Below, piece by piece: positions 19,537 through 29,144 of a stretch of DNA of 64,000 nt. Numbering within the stretch: position 1 is the first letter of the stretch; every line of letters begins with the position of its first letter. The notes beneath the pieces were generated by a model. The model saw nothing but the letters and a program-made list of their open reading frames with translations. It was not told the origin of the DNA and did no database searches. The translations under genes and the position numbers were made by a program. Origin of the DNA: an uncultured Acidobacteriota bacterium (GTDB lineage Bacteria; Acidobacteriota; Thermoanaerobaculia; Gp7-AA8); contig CAVUKB010000010.1 in the NCBI GenBank assembly GCA_963741955.1, positions 96,001 through 160,000 on the forward strand, read 5' to 3'.

Positions 19537-19615
19537 GGCCCGGAATTTTCCGGGCGGACTATTGAAAAAATTGCTTAACCAGATTAATAATGTCTCACAT
19601 TCACATTTGCAATAC
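19537..19615. promoter_or_regulatory. AT-rich divergent promoter region of the Ni transporter / hdr-mvh operon
   Basis: Sharp local AT enrichment (ttgaaaaaattgcttaaccagattaataatgtctcacattcacat) with short palindromes. Individual elements not resolved. Confidence 0.45.
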
Positions 19616-19668
19616 CGGTTCGTGCCTCCGGCATACCGCCGTGAGCCACTTCAGACAGGAGATGGGGC

Positions 19669-20223
19669 GTGGCCTCGAAGCTTCCGTCTTTCCCCGGTTC
19701 CAGGGATCTGGCGCACCTCGACAAGGTGGCGGCCGATGCGTGTTTCCAGTGCAACCGCTGCACGGCCGGATGCCCTCTTTTCGCCGCGATGGATCTCTCC
19801 CCCGCGCAGATGGTCCATCATCTCCTTCTCGGCGAGTGGGAGCCGGTGGTCGAGTCGGATGCGATCTGGGCCTGCGTCCATTGTGAAACGTGCACGGCGC
19901 GTTGCCCGCAGCAGGTCGACGTCTCCGGGCTCCTCCACGCGGCCCGCGTCGCGGCATGGCAGGCCGGAAGGCTTCCCCGCGACAAGACCATCGCCACGTA
20001 CTTCGCCTCTTTCGTGGAGAACCTCTACCTGTACGGTCGCTCGGCCGAGCTCCCGCTGACCCTGATCTGGAAGCTCAAGTCCGAGGACTATCTGCGGGAC
20101 ATGCTGCTCGGGATCCGGCTCCTTTCCCGAGGAAAGCTCGCTCTGTTCGGTCTGCCGAAGGGAGGCGCGACCTACCGCCGTCTCTACGATCGGGTGAAGC
20201 AGAAGGAGGCAGCCGGATCATGA
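19669..20223 (+). CDS. hdrC: Heterodisulfide reductase subunit C-like 2x[4Fe-4S] protein
   Basis: CFQCNRCTAGCP and CVHCETCTARCP. Confidence 0.88.
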   Translation: MASKLPSFPGSRDLAHLDKVAADACFQCNRCTAGCPLFAAMDLSPAQMVHHLLLGEWEPVVESDAIWACVHCETCTARCPQQVDVSGLLHAARVAAWQAGRLPRDKTIATYFASFVENLYLYGRSAELPLTLIWKLKSEDYLRDMLLGIRLLSRGKLALFGLPKGGATYRRLYDRVKQKEAAGS

Positions 20224-21098
20224 AACGCTACGCCTACTATCCCGGCTGCTCACTCGAGAAGATGACCAGCGAGTACGACGTTTCGTTCCGGAACGTCTGC
20301 GACGTTCTCGGCATCGAGCTGGAAGAGCCGCGCGACTGGTTCTGCTGCGGCGCGGGCATGGTCGGCAACGTCTCGCCGCTCCTCGGGCTCGCGGTCCCGT
20401 TGAAGAATCTCGTCCTGGCCCGCGAGACGGGACTGGGGGAGTTCGTTTCCCCCTGCTCGGCCTGTTACAACCAGTTCAAGCGCGCTCAGCACGAGATTTC
20501 TGAAGACCTGACCCTTCGCGCCGATCTCGAGGAGATCGTGGAGGCGCCCCTCGAGCATCAGCCCGAAGTTCTCCATCCCCTGGAGATGCTGCTGCGCGAG
20601 GTGAACGGCTCGAAGCCCCGAATCGAGCGATCCGCACCGGAGCTTCGTGTCGCCTGCTACTACGGATGTCTCCTCACCCGGCCGCCGAAGATCGTGACGT
20701 TCGACGATTGCGAGGATCCGCGGTCGATGGACCGGCTGCTGCAGCGGTTCGGCATCCAGACCATCGACTGGTCACAGAAGACGCGCTGCTGCGGCGCGTT
20801 CTACGCCATGGTGAATCCCGATCGCGTCCTCGAGCTCACCCGCGAGATTCTGCAGGGGGCTCTGGAGGCGGGGGCGAACGCCATCGCCGTCGCCTGCCCG
20901 GTCTGTCATCTGAATCTCGATTCGCGACAGCCGGAGGTGAACGACCGGTTCGGCACGACTTACGGCATCCCGGTTTTCTACTTTTCTCAGCTTCTCGGCT
21001 TCGCCCTCGGTGTCCCGACCGAAGGACTCGGCCTCTGGAGACATGTCGTCGATCCACAACCCCTCCTGAGCCCGAAAGCGGCCGTCGTCGCTGGTTGA
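20220..21098 (+). CDS. hdrB: Heterodisulfide reductase subunit B (CCG domains)
   Basis: ATGA overlap with hdrC. YYPGC, CCGAG, PCSAC, YYGC, CCGAF, ACPVCHLNLD. Confidence 0.92.
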   Translation: MKRYAYYPGCSLEKMTSEYDVSFRNVCDVLGIELEEPRDWFCCGAGMVGNVSPLLGLAVPLKNLVLARETGLGEFVSPCSACYNQFKRAQHEISEDLTLRADLEEIVEAPLEHQPEVLHPLEMLLREVNGSKPRIERSAPELRVACYYGCLLTRPPKIVTFDDCEDPRSMDRLLQRFGIQTIDWSQKTRCCGAFYAMVNPDRVLELTREILQGALEAGANAIAVACPVCHLNLDSRQPEVNDRFGTTYGIPVFYFSQLLGFALGVPTEGLGLWRHVVDPQPLLSPKAAVVAG

Positions 21099-21105
21099 GG
21101 CGCGT

Positions 21106-24100
21106 ATGAGTCAGACGAAGACAATCGGATCCGTTCTCGTGGTTGGAGGAGGCGTCGCAGGGATGCAGGCGGCTCTCGATCTGGCCGACTCGGGGTACAA
21201 GGTCTATCTGGCCGATCGCGAGAGCAGTATCGGCGGAACGATGGCGCAGCTCGACAAGACGTTCCCGTCGAACGACTGCGCGATGTGCATCCTCGCTCCG
21301 CGCCTGGTCTCGGCGGGACGTCACCTCAACATCGAGATTCTCCCGAGCACCGAGGTGCTGGGGGTGGAGGGAGAGGCGGGGAGATTCCGAGCGACGCTGC
21401 ACCGGCGCGGGATCTACATCGACGCATCGAAGTGCACCGGATGCGGCGAGTGCAGCCAGGTCTGCCCGGTCGATCTTCCGAACGAATTCAACTTCGGTCT
21501 CGGAACCCGCAAAGCGATCTCGCGCCGGTATCCGCAGGCGGTTCCGGCGAATTACACCATCACCAAACGTGAGCGGCCACCCTGCCAGACCGCGTGCGCC
21601 GCGGGAACGAACGTCCAGGGATACATCGCTCTCACTGCTCAGGGAAAATTCAAGGAAGCGCTCGACGTCGTACGCGAGCGGATGCCGTTCGCGTCGGTCT
21701 GCGGGCGCATCTGCCTTCACCGCTGCGAGAACGAATGCAACCGGAATCTGGTCGACGAGCCCGTCGCCATCATGCAGGTCAAGCGGTTTCTCGCCGACTG
21801 GGATTACGAGCAGGGGAATCCTCTTCCGCCTCCGGTTCCGAAGACCAGGACGGCGCGGATCGCGGTGATCGGCGGCGGACCTGCGGGGCTGGCGTGTGCG
21901 CACGACCTCGCGAAGGACGGATATCCGGTGACCCTGTTCGAATCGAGCGACGAGCTCGGCGGAATGCTCCGCTCGTGCATTCCGGAGTTCCGGCTTCCCG
22001 AAGCTCACCTCGAGCGCGACATCGAATTCCTTCTCTCGCCCGGCGTGGACGTGGTGCTGCGGAAATCCCTCGGGAGAGACTTCACCATCGAAGATCTCGA
22101 GAAGGAAGGATACCGAGCGGTCTTTCTCGCCACCGGGGCGTACAAGCCGAAGAAGCTTCCGATTCCCGGACACGATCTCGAGGGGATCAGCCTGAACATC
22201 GAGTTCCTCGAAGCGGTCCGCGCCGGTGAGCACGTCGATCCTGGCCGGCGGGTCCTGGTGATCGGCGGCGGTAACGTGGCGATCGACGTCGCACGTTCAG
22301 TACGACGACTCGGCGTCTCCAGCGTGACCATGGCCTGTCTCGAGAGCCGCGAGGCCATGCCCGCGCATTCGTGGGAAGTTCAGCAGGCGCTCGACGAAGG
22401 GATCGAGATTCTCAACGACGTCACCCTCAAGCGTTTCGTGGGCGAGAGAGGACACGTTCGTGGCGTCGAAGCGCGGCGTATCCGCGATCTGTCGTTCGAC
22501 GCGGAGGGGCGGATTCACCTCACCGAGGTTTCGGAGAGCGATTTCGCGATCGACGCGGACCGGATCATCGTGGCGATCGGGCAGACTCCTGAGCTGAGCT
22601 ATCTCGACTCGAGGAGCGGGGCGGTGCAGGTGAGCCGTCGCGGGCTGATCGAAGTCGATCCGGACACGCTCGCCACCAGACGTCCGGGAGTCTTCGCGGG
22701 TGGTGACGTGGTCGCCGAGCAGCCGGGGATCCGGATCTTCGCGGGTGGCGACGTGGTGACCGGAACGGCGTTCGTGGTCGACGCGGTCGCAGCCGGGCAT
22801 CGCGCCGCCGAGTCGATCGACCGCTACGTGGAAGGTCTTCCGTTCGCGGGGCCGAGACCGAAACCGAAGCCGTACAAGCTCACCCCCGAGGCCGTGGAAA
22901 AGAAGCTCCATGACGGCGAGATCCGGAAGAGCGTCCGGGCGATCGCGCCCGAAGCCGCTCCGGCAGCACGGGTCGCGAGCTTCGACGAGATTCAGGAAGG
23001 GTTCACCGAGGCGATGGCGGTCGCGGAAGCGAAACGCTGCCTTTCGTGCGGCCTCTGTTCGGAATGCCTCCAGTGCGTCGAGGTCTGTCAGGCGCATGCG
23101 ATCCGGCACGACTTTCCCCGCGACGAATACCGGACCATCGACGTCGGCGCGGTCATCCTCGCTCCGGGTCTCTCGGCGTTCGACCCGACCGAGAAGGGAG
23201 AGTACGGCTACAACCGCTATCCCAACGTCGTCACCAGCGTCGAATTCGAGCGCATCCTCAGCCCTTCCGGTCCTTTCGGCGGAAAGGTGCAACGTCCCTC
23301 GGATGGAAAGGCACCGAAGAAGATCGCATTCATCCAGTGCGTCGGATCACGCGAAGTCGGCCGCGACTACTGCTCGTCGGTCTGCTGCATGTACACCGCG
23401 AAACAGGCGGTGATCGCGAAGGAACATCAGCCGGGACTGGAGACCACGGTCTTTTACATCGATCTCCGTGCGGTGGCGAAGGGGTTCGAAGCGTACATCG
23501 ACCGGGCGAAGAGCGAAGGAGTGAGGTACGTCCGGTGCCGTCCGTCTGCGGTGACACACCTCCCGCAGAGTGGAGATCTGGTCGTCGAGTATGCAGACGA
23601 AGAAGGGCAGCATCGCGAGATGTTCGACATGGTCGTTCTCGCAGTCGCGCTCACTTCGTCGCCCGATCGGAGACAGCTCGCGCAGGCCGCGGGTATCCCG
23701 GTCAATGAGTATGGATTCGCGAGATCGATCGCCTTCGACCCGGAATCGACCAGCCGTTCCGGCGTCTTCGTCTGCGGGCCGTTCGTCGATCCGATGGACA
23801 TCCCGGAAACGGTGGCTGGCGCGAGCGCGGCGGCGGCGAAGGCGATGGCGCTCCTCGCCGACAGCCGGGGAACGCTGGTCCGGCCGAAGACCTATCCGCC
23901 GGAGAAGGATGTGACAGGGGAAGAGCCGCGCGCCGGTGTCTTCGTGTGCCACTGCGGGACGAACATCGCCGGCGTCGTCGACGTCGAAAAAGTGGTCGAC
24001 TATGCGAAGACTCTCCCGGGAGTGGTCCATGCGGAGCGTAACCTCTACACCTGTTCGGACGACACGCAGAAGCGGATCCGGGAAAAGATCGACGAGCTGA

Positions 24101-25608
24101 ATCTGAATCGGATCGTGGTCGCCTCCTGCACGCCGCGAACGCACGAAGCACTTTTCCGCGACACCATCCGCGAAGCGGGTCTGAACGAGTACTACTTCGA
24201 ATTGGCGAACATTCGCGACCAATGCTCCTGGGTCCACAAGAACCGGAAGGAGCAGGCGACGGAAAAGGCGAAGGATCTGGTGCGGATGGCTCTGGCCAAG
24301 GTGCGTCTCGACGAGCCGCTCCACAAGCGGCCTCTCGCCGTCACCCAGGCCGCGCTGGTCCTCGGCGGCGGAGTGAGCGGCCTCTCCGCCGCGCTCTCGC
24401 TCGCTGATCAGGGCTTTCAGGTTTTTCTGGTCGAGAAGGAACGGGACCTCGGCGGATATGCGAAAGAGCGTCGTTACCCGCTGACCGGCGAGGACACCCG
24501 GATGCGCCTGTGGGAGATGATGGCCCGGGCGCGCACGCATCCGAACATCCAGCTCATGCTGGGATCGACTCTCCAGAAGGTGGATGGCTCGCTCGGCAAC
24601 TTCAAGTCGACCATCGCTACGGATGGCTTCGAGCGCGAGATCGCACATGGCGTGGTGATCGTCGCGACCGGCGCAGAACGGTACGTGCCGAATCAGTACC
24701 TGTTCGGCGAAGATCCACGAGTGGTCCGCCTCTTCGAATTCGAAGAGATGATGGCCGACCACAAGGTCGACACCGATTCGGTGGTGTTCATCCAGTGTGT
24801 CGGTTCGCGGAACGAAGAGCATCCATGGTGCAGCCGCACCTGCTGCATGGAGTCGGTGAAGAACGCTCTGCGCGTGAAGCAGCAGAACCCCGGTGCCGAA
24901 GTCTCAGTGCTCTATCGCGACATCCGCACGTACGGGTACCGCGAGCTCTACTACCGGCAGGCGCGCGAGCGCGGAGTGCGATTCATTCGATTCGACGAAG
25001 CGCATCCGCCGCGGGTGGTCGCGGAGAACGGATCGCTTCGAGTGACGGTGCTGGATCAGATGACACGCCGTGAAGTGGACCTCGATGCGAAGGCGGTCGT
25101 TCTCGCGGCGGCGACGCTTCCGAATCGCGGTAACAAGGACATCGGTCAGATTCTGAAGGTCCCGCTGAGTGAGGACGGATTCTTTCTCGAGGCGCACCGG
25201 AAACTCCGCCCGGTCGATTTCGCGACGGACGGCATCTTTCTCTGCGGCGCCGCGCATTCGCCGGTGGGTTTGCGTGAGGCGGTCTCGCAGGCCGCCGCAA
25301 CCGCGTCGCGAGCGGCGACGATCCTCTCGAAGAGCGTGATCGACCTCGAGCCGACGATCTCTCAGGTGGTGAAAGAACGATGCGACGGTTGTGCGTACTG
25401 CGTCGATCCCTGCCCCTTCCACGCCATCACGCTGGTCGAGTACAGCGAGAACGGCGATACGAAGAAGCGCGTGGAAGTGGACGAAGCGGTCTGCAAGGGG
25501 TGTGGAACATGCGAGGCGACCTGTCCGAAGGGAGCGATCTTCGTGTGGCATTTCCGCCCCGAGCAATTGATGGCACAGGTCCACGCCGCACTCGATATCG
25601 CGGGGTGA
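21106..25608 (+). CDS. hdrA: Large HdrA-family flavoprotein (HdrL type: HdrA with GltD/NfnB-like NAD(P)H module plus second HdrA module)
   Basis: GGTMAQLDKTFPSNDCAMC; PCQTAC...CGRIC, IGGGPAG and GGGNVAID in the insert; two FIQCVGSR motifs; GVFVCHCGTNI; terminal ferredoxin motifs. Confidence 0.92.
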   Translation: MSQTKTIGSVLVVGGGVAGMQAALDLADSGYKVYLADRESSIGGTMAQLDKTFPSNDCAMCILAPRLVSAGRHLNIEILPSTEVLGVEGEAGRFRATLHRRGIYIDASKCTGCGECSQVCPVDLPNEFNFGLGTRKAISRRYPQAVPANYTITKRERPPCQTACAAGTNVQGYIALTAQGKFKEALDVVRERMPFASVCGRICLHRCENECNRNLVDEPVAIMQVKRFLADWDYEQGNPLPPPVPKTRTARIAVIGGGPAGLACAHDLAKDGYPVTLFESSDELGGMLRSCIPEFRLPEAHLERDIEFLLSPGVDVVLRKSLGRDFTIEDLEKEGYRAVFLATGAYKPKKLPIPGHDLEGISLNIEFLEAVRAGEHVDPGRRVLVIGGGNVAIDVARSVRRLGVSSVTMACLESREAMPAHSWEVQQALDEGIEILNDVTLKRFVGERGHVRGVEARRIRDLSFDAEGRIHLTEVSESDFAIDADRIIVAIGQTPELSYLDSRSGAVQVSRRGLIEVDPDTLATRRPGVFAGGDVVAEQPGIRIFAGGDVVTGTAFVVDAVAAGHRAAESIDRYVEGLPFAGPRPKPKPYKLTPEAVEKKLHDGEIRKSVRAIAPEAAPAARVASFDEIQEGFTEAMAVAEAKRCLSCGLCSECLQCVEVCQAHAIRHDFPRDEYRTIDVGAVILAPGLSAFDPTEKGEYGYNRYPNVVTSVEFERILSPSGPFGGKVQRPSDGKAPKKIAFIQCVGSREVGRDYCSSVCCMYTAKQAVIAKEHQPGLETTVFYIDLRAVAKGFEAYIDRAKSEGVRYVRCRPSAVTHLPQSGDLVVEYADEEGQHREMFDMVVLAVALTSSPDRRQLAQAAGIPVNEYGFARSIAFDPESTSRSGVFVCGPFVDPMDIPETVAGASAAAAKAMALLADSRGTLVRPKTYPPEKDVTGEEPRAGVFVCHCGTNIAGVVDVEKVVDYAKTLPGVVHAERNLYTCSDDTQKRIREKIDELNLNRIVVASCTPRTHEALFRDTIREAGLNEYYFELANIRDQCSWVHKNRKEQATEKAKDLVRMALAKVRLDEPLHKRPLAVTQAALVLGGGVSGLSAALSLADQGFQVFLVEKERDLGGYAKERRYPLTGEDTRMRLWEMMARARTHPNIQLMLGSTLQKVDGSLGNFKSTIATDGFEREIAHGVVIVATGAERYVPNQYLFGEDPRVVRLFEFEEMMADHKVDTDSVVFIQCVGSRNEEHPWCSRTCCMESVKNALRVKQQNPGAEVSVLYRDIRTYGYRELYYRQARERGVRFIRFDEAHPPRVVAENGSLRVTVLDQMTRREVDLDAKAVVLAAATLPNRGNKDIGQILKVPLSEDGFFLEAHRKLRPVDFATDGIFLCGAAHSPVGLREAVSQAAATASRAATILSKSVIDLEPTISQVVKERCDGCAYCVDPCPFHAITLVEYSENGDTKKRVEVDEAVCKGCGTCEATCPKGAIFVWHFRPEQLMAQVHAALDIAG

Positions 25609-25611
25609 GCG

Positions 25612-26076
25612 ATGAGTGAAATGGTGAACGAGATGACAGGCAGCGAACCGGCGAGTGCGTCGACAGTGGAGGCATTCGAGCCGTTGATCATCACCTTCTG
25701 CTGTTACTGGTGCGCCTACGCAGGTGCTGATCTTGCCGGCACGTCGCGGTTCCAGTATCCGCCCAACATCCGGATCATCCGCGTGCAGTGCAGCGGGATG
25801 GTGCACCCGAATCTGGTGATCGAAGCGCTGACCAAAGGCGCGGATGGAGTGCTGATGCTCGGATGTCATCCGGGCGACTGCCATTACCTCGAAGGTAACT
25901 TCCGAGCCCGTTCGCGGGCGGAGGCGATCGACCTGATGCTCGAAGACTTCGGTCTGGAGCCGGAGCGATTCCGCCTCGAATGGGTCTCGGCTTCGGAAGG
26001 GTCGCGATTCGCACAAGTGGTGACCGATATGGTCGAGCAGATCAGGCAGCTCGGCCCCAGTCCGTATCGCACATAG
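25612..26076 (+). CDS. mvhD: [2Fe-2S] hydrogenase delta subunit
   Basis: FCCYWCAYAGAD, RVQCSG, GCHPGDCHY, WVSASEG. Confidence 0.95.
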   Translation: MSEMVNEMTGSEPASASTVEAFEPLIITFCCYWCAYAGADLAGTSRFQYPPNIRIIRVQCSGMVHPNLVIEALTKGADGVLMLGCHPGDCHYLEGNFRARSRAEAIDLMLEDFGLEPERFRLEWVSASEGSRFAQVVTDMVEQIRQLGPSPYRT

Positions 26077-26127
26077 CGAGACGTCCCATGGAAACCAGTA
26101 GGGAAAGGCGAACGAAGGAGGTGCAGC

Positions 26128-27057
26128 ATGACGGCTAAGCTGGCCGAGGAATGGTTCGCCATCTGCGGCGGGTGCGAGGTGACGGTGCTCGACATCGGGG
26201 AGCCACTCATCGACGTGCTCAAGCAGGTGGAGATCGTCCACATGCCGGTCCTGATGGACCACAAGCTTTATGGTCAGACCGGGGAAAAGGAACGGATGGA
26301 GATTCCGGAAGCGGACATCGGGATCCTGACCGGAGGAATTCGCAACGAGGAGCACAAGAAGATCGCGCAGGAGATGCGTGCGAAGTCGAAGATCCTGATC
26401 GCACTCGGCTCCTGCGCGGCATTCGGCGGCATTCCGGCGCTCGCCAATGCGTCGACCACCGAAGAGTTGCTGGAGAAGGTCTATCGCGGGAGCGTCACCA
26501 CGGACACCAACGGGATTCCGCACGAAGAGATCCCGCCGCTGACGGACAGAGTCTACGCGGTGAGTGAAGTGGTCCCGGTCGATGCGGTCCTTCCGGGATG
26601 TCCGACGACCCCGGAGATGGTCGCATCGGCACTGATCGCGTTGCTGGAAGGGAAGCCGCTTCCGGCGCTCGCGTCGAAGAGCGTCTGCGACGAATGTCCG
26701 ACCAAGCGCGAGAAGAAGGCCGTCTCGACCCTGAAGCGCCGCTTCGAAGCGCCGGAGTTCGAGGCGGGGGCGCCGCTCTCGGACATGCGCTGCATGATGG
26801 AGCAGGGCTTCCTCTGTCTCGGCCCCGCCACCCGTGGAGGTTGCGGTGGAAGCGATGGAGTTCCTCGCTGCATCCGCGCGTACGTTCCTTGTGAAGGCTG
26901 CTTCGGACCACTCTCGGAGAAGGCCAATCCGATGGTCGACATGATGGGCGCGCTCTCCACCATCGGACTCGATCCGAAGCAGATTCCGGATCGCGCCGCG
27001 ACATTCAACCGATTTGCCGGAGCGGGACGACTCCGTCCGGCCCCGCGGAGGTCATGA
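26128..27057 (+). CDS. mvhG: Group 3c [NiFe]-hydrogenase small subunit
   Basis: CGGCEV, GSCAAFGGIP, PGCP, VCDEC, CLGPATRGGC, CEGCFGP. No Tat signal. Confidence 0.92.
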   Translation: MTAKLAEEWFAICGGCEVTVLDIGEPLIDVLKQVEIVHMPVLMDHKLYGQTGEKERMEIPEADIGILTGGIRNEEHKKIAQEMRAKSKILIALGSCAAFGGIPALANASTTEELLEKVYRGSVTTDTNGIPHEEIPPLTDRVYAVSEVVPVDAVLPGCPTTPEMVASALIALLEGKPLPALASKSVCDECPTKREKKAVSTLKRRFEAPEFEAGAPLSDMRCMMEQGFLCLGPATRGGCGGSDGVPRCIRAYVPCEGCFGPLSEKANPMVDMMGALSTIGLDPKQIPDRAATFNRFAGAGRLRPAPRRS

Positions 27058-28499
27058 TGGCCAGCACGATCGTCATTCAGCCAGTCACCCGTATCGAAGG
27101 ACACGCGAAGGTCACCATCCGGCTCGACGACGCGGGCGAAGTCGACACCGCCCGAGTCAACGTGATCGAGTTGCGTGGCTTCGAGAAGTTCTGTCTCGGC
27201 AAGCCGGTCGAGGACATGCCGAGAATCACGCCGCGCATCTGCGGCGTCTGTCCCTGGTCACATCATCTCGCTGCGGCGAAAGCGACCGACGCGGTGTTCG
27301 GCGTGGAGCCGCCTCCCGCCGGGAAGAAATTGCGTGAGCTCTGCAACAGCGTGGCGTTCATGGAGGAGCACATCCTCCACTTCTACTTCCTCGCCGGCGC
27401 CGATTTTCTCCTCGGTCCGGATGCGGACTACTCGGTGCGCAACGTGATCGGAATTCTGAATGCCGCACCGGAGATCGCGCAGCGGGTGGTGAAGGTGCGC
27501 CACATGTGCGCGAAGATGCTGGAGATCCTCGCCGGGAAACCGATCCATCCGCAGGCGGCCGTCCCGGGCGGATTCAGCAAGCCACTGGCGAAGGGAGAAC
27601 GGGACGAGCTCCGGAAGATGGCCGACGAGGCTCTCGAGCTCGCGAAATTCTCCATCGCATTCGCGAAAGAAAACATCTTCCCCAAGTACATCGAAACGGT
27701 GAAGACGCTCGGTGTCATCAACACCGGATTCATCGGCACGGTTCGCAAGGACGGCGCTCTCGACCTGTACGACGGGCAGCTACGTCTGATGAACAACGAA
27801 GGCGCTTACGAAGACTTCGAAGCGGAGCGGTACGGTGATTTCATCGCCGAGCACATCGAGCCGTGGAGCTACCTGAAGTTCCCCTATGCGAAGAAGTGGG
27901 GCGCTTTCTCCATGGACGCCGAGAATCCTGGCGGCATCTACCGGGCGAACACGCTCGCCCGAATCAACGTCTGTGACTTCATCGACACGCCACTCGCGCA
28001 GGCCGAGCTCGAAGAGTTCCGGGCGAAGTTCGGCCGGCCGGCTCAGTTCACTCTCCTCTATCACTGGGCCCGGCTGATCGAGCTTCTCTACAACGCGGAG
28101 AATGCGATCCGTCTGCTCGACGACCCGGAGATCACCAGTACCAATACGCGGGTGAAGGTCACCCCGCGTGCGGCGAGAGGAGTCGGTTCGGTCGAGGCGC
28201 CACGCGGAACGCTGATCCACGAGTACGAGACCGACGCGGACGGGATGATCACGAACATGAATCTCATCGTCGGTACGACGCACAACAACGCTCCGATCAA
28301 CATGTCCGTGACCCAGGCCGCGAAGAGCCTGATTCACGAAGGAAAGTACGACCAGGGGATTCTGAACACGGTGGAGATGTCGATCCGTGCTTACGACCCC
28401 TGCCTCTCCTGTGCGACGCACCGGCTCGACGGGAAGCTCTCCGTCAAGGTCGAGATCGTCGACTCGAAGGGGAAGAGCATCGAGACACTCGCGAACTGA
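27054..28499 (+). CDS. mvhA: Group 3c [NiFe]-hydrogenase large subunit
   Basis: TRIEGH, L1 RICGVC, EAPRG, L2 [12 protein letters not shown] followed by a cleavable C-terminal tail. Confidence 0.95.
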   Translation: MMASTIVIQPVTRIEGHAKVTIRLDDAGEVDTARVNVIELRGFEKFCLGKPVEDMPRITPRICGVCPWSHHLAAAKATDAVFGVEPPPAGKKLRELCNSVAFMEEHILHFYFLAGADFLLGPDADYSVRNVIGILNAAPEIAQRVVKVRHMCAKMLEILAGKPIHPQAAVPGGFSKPLAKGERDELRKMADEALELAKFSIAFAKENIFPKYIETVKTLGVINTGFIGTVRKDGALDLYDGQLRLMNNEGAYEDFEAERYGDFIAEHIEPWSYLKFPYAKKWGAFSMDAENPGGIYRANTLARINVCDFIDTPLAQAELEEFRAKFGRPAQFTLLYHWARLIELLYNAENAIRLLDDPEITSTNTRVKVTPRAARGVGSVEAPRGTLIHEYETDADGMITNMNLIVGTTHNNAPINMSVTQAAKSLIHEGKYDQGILNTVEMSIRAYDPCLSCATHRLDGKLSVKVEIVDSKGKSIETLAN

Positions 28500-28505
28500 A
28501 GGCAT

Positions 28506-28530
28506 GACCCCGGGCGCGAAGCCCGGGGTC
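28506..28530 (+). other. Stem-loop after mvhA (mRNA stabiliser or partial terminator)
   Basis: gaccccgggc-gcgaa-gcccggggtc, perfect 10-bp stem without U-tract. Confidence 0.55.
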
Positions 28531-28614
28531 TGCCATCGCGACCGGATCGCCACGGTCGGGCGATCCGGTCACGACGGCACAGACATGATGACTTCTTTGC
28601 GTTTCGGGGGAGCG

Positions 28615-29136
28615 ATGGAGCTCGATCGAGAGATGGTCCCCGACTTCTGTTCGAAGCCGGTGGTGGTACTGGGATGCGGAAATCTCCTCTGGGGAGACGA
28701 CGGATTCGGGTGTGAGCTGATCGCCTGGGTCGAGCAGCACTGCGAGATTCCGGAGCACGTCTGCATCCTCGATGCGGGGACCGGCGTACGGAAGCTTCTC
28801 TTCACCATGTGTGTCAGTCCGATCCGTCCGAAGCGCCTGGTGATCGTCGACGCGATCGACGTGAACCGGACTCCGGGAGAGGTGTTCGAGATCGACCCGG
28901 CCTCGATTCCCGCAGCGAAGCTCGACGATTTTTCTCTCCATCAGATCCCGACGTCGAATCTCCTTCGCGAGCTTCAGGAGGAATGCGGAGTGGAAGTGCG
29001 GATCCTCGCCTGTCAGACCGGAGCTCTCCCCGACGAGATCTCCCCCGGTCTCTCGGCTTCCGTGGCTGCCGCCCTCGGTCCGGCCGCCGAGCTGCTCGTC
29101 GACGAATATTTCCTTCCTCTCGCCCCGGCATCGTGA
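28615..29136 (+). CDS. Hydrogenase maturation protease
   Basis: LGCGNLLWGDDGFG, DAGT, IVDAID, SLHQ. ATG at 28615 follows GGGGAG. Confidence 0.92.
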   Translation: MELDREMVPDFCSKPVVVLGCGNLLWGDDGFGCELIAWVEQHCEIPEHVCILDAGTGVRKLLFTMCVSPIRPKRLVIVDAIDVNRTPGEVFEIDPASIPAAKLDDFSLHQIPTSNLLRELQEECGVEVRILACQTGALPDEISPGLSASVAAALGPAAELLVDEYFLPLAPAS

Positions 29137-29144
29137 GGTGATCC

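Noticed and set aside
19588-19608. Rex or CRP/FNR-like site (aatgtctcacattcacattt) upstream of hdrC
   Set aside because: Half-site spacing does not fit either consensus. Kept only as part of a general promoter region.
25612-28499. Possible selenocysteine in MvhD or MvhA ([NiFeSe] enzyme)
   Set aside because: All ligand positions are Cys codons (e.g. DPCLSC) and there is no in-frame TGA.
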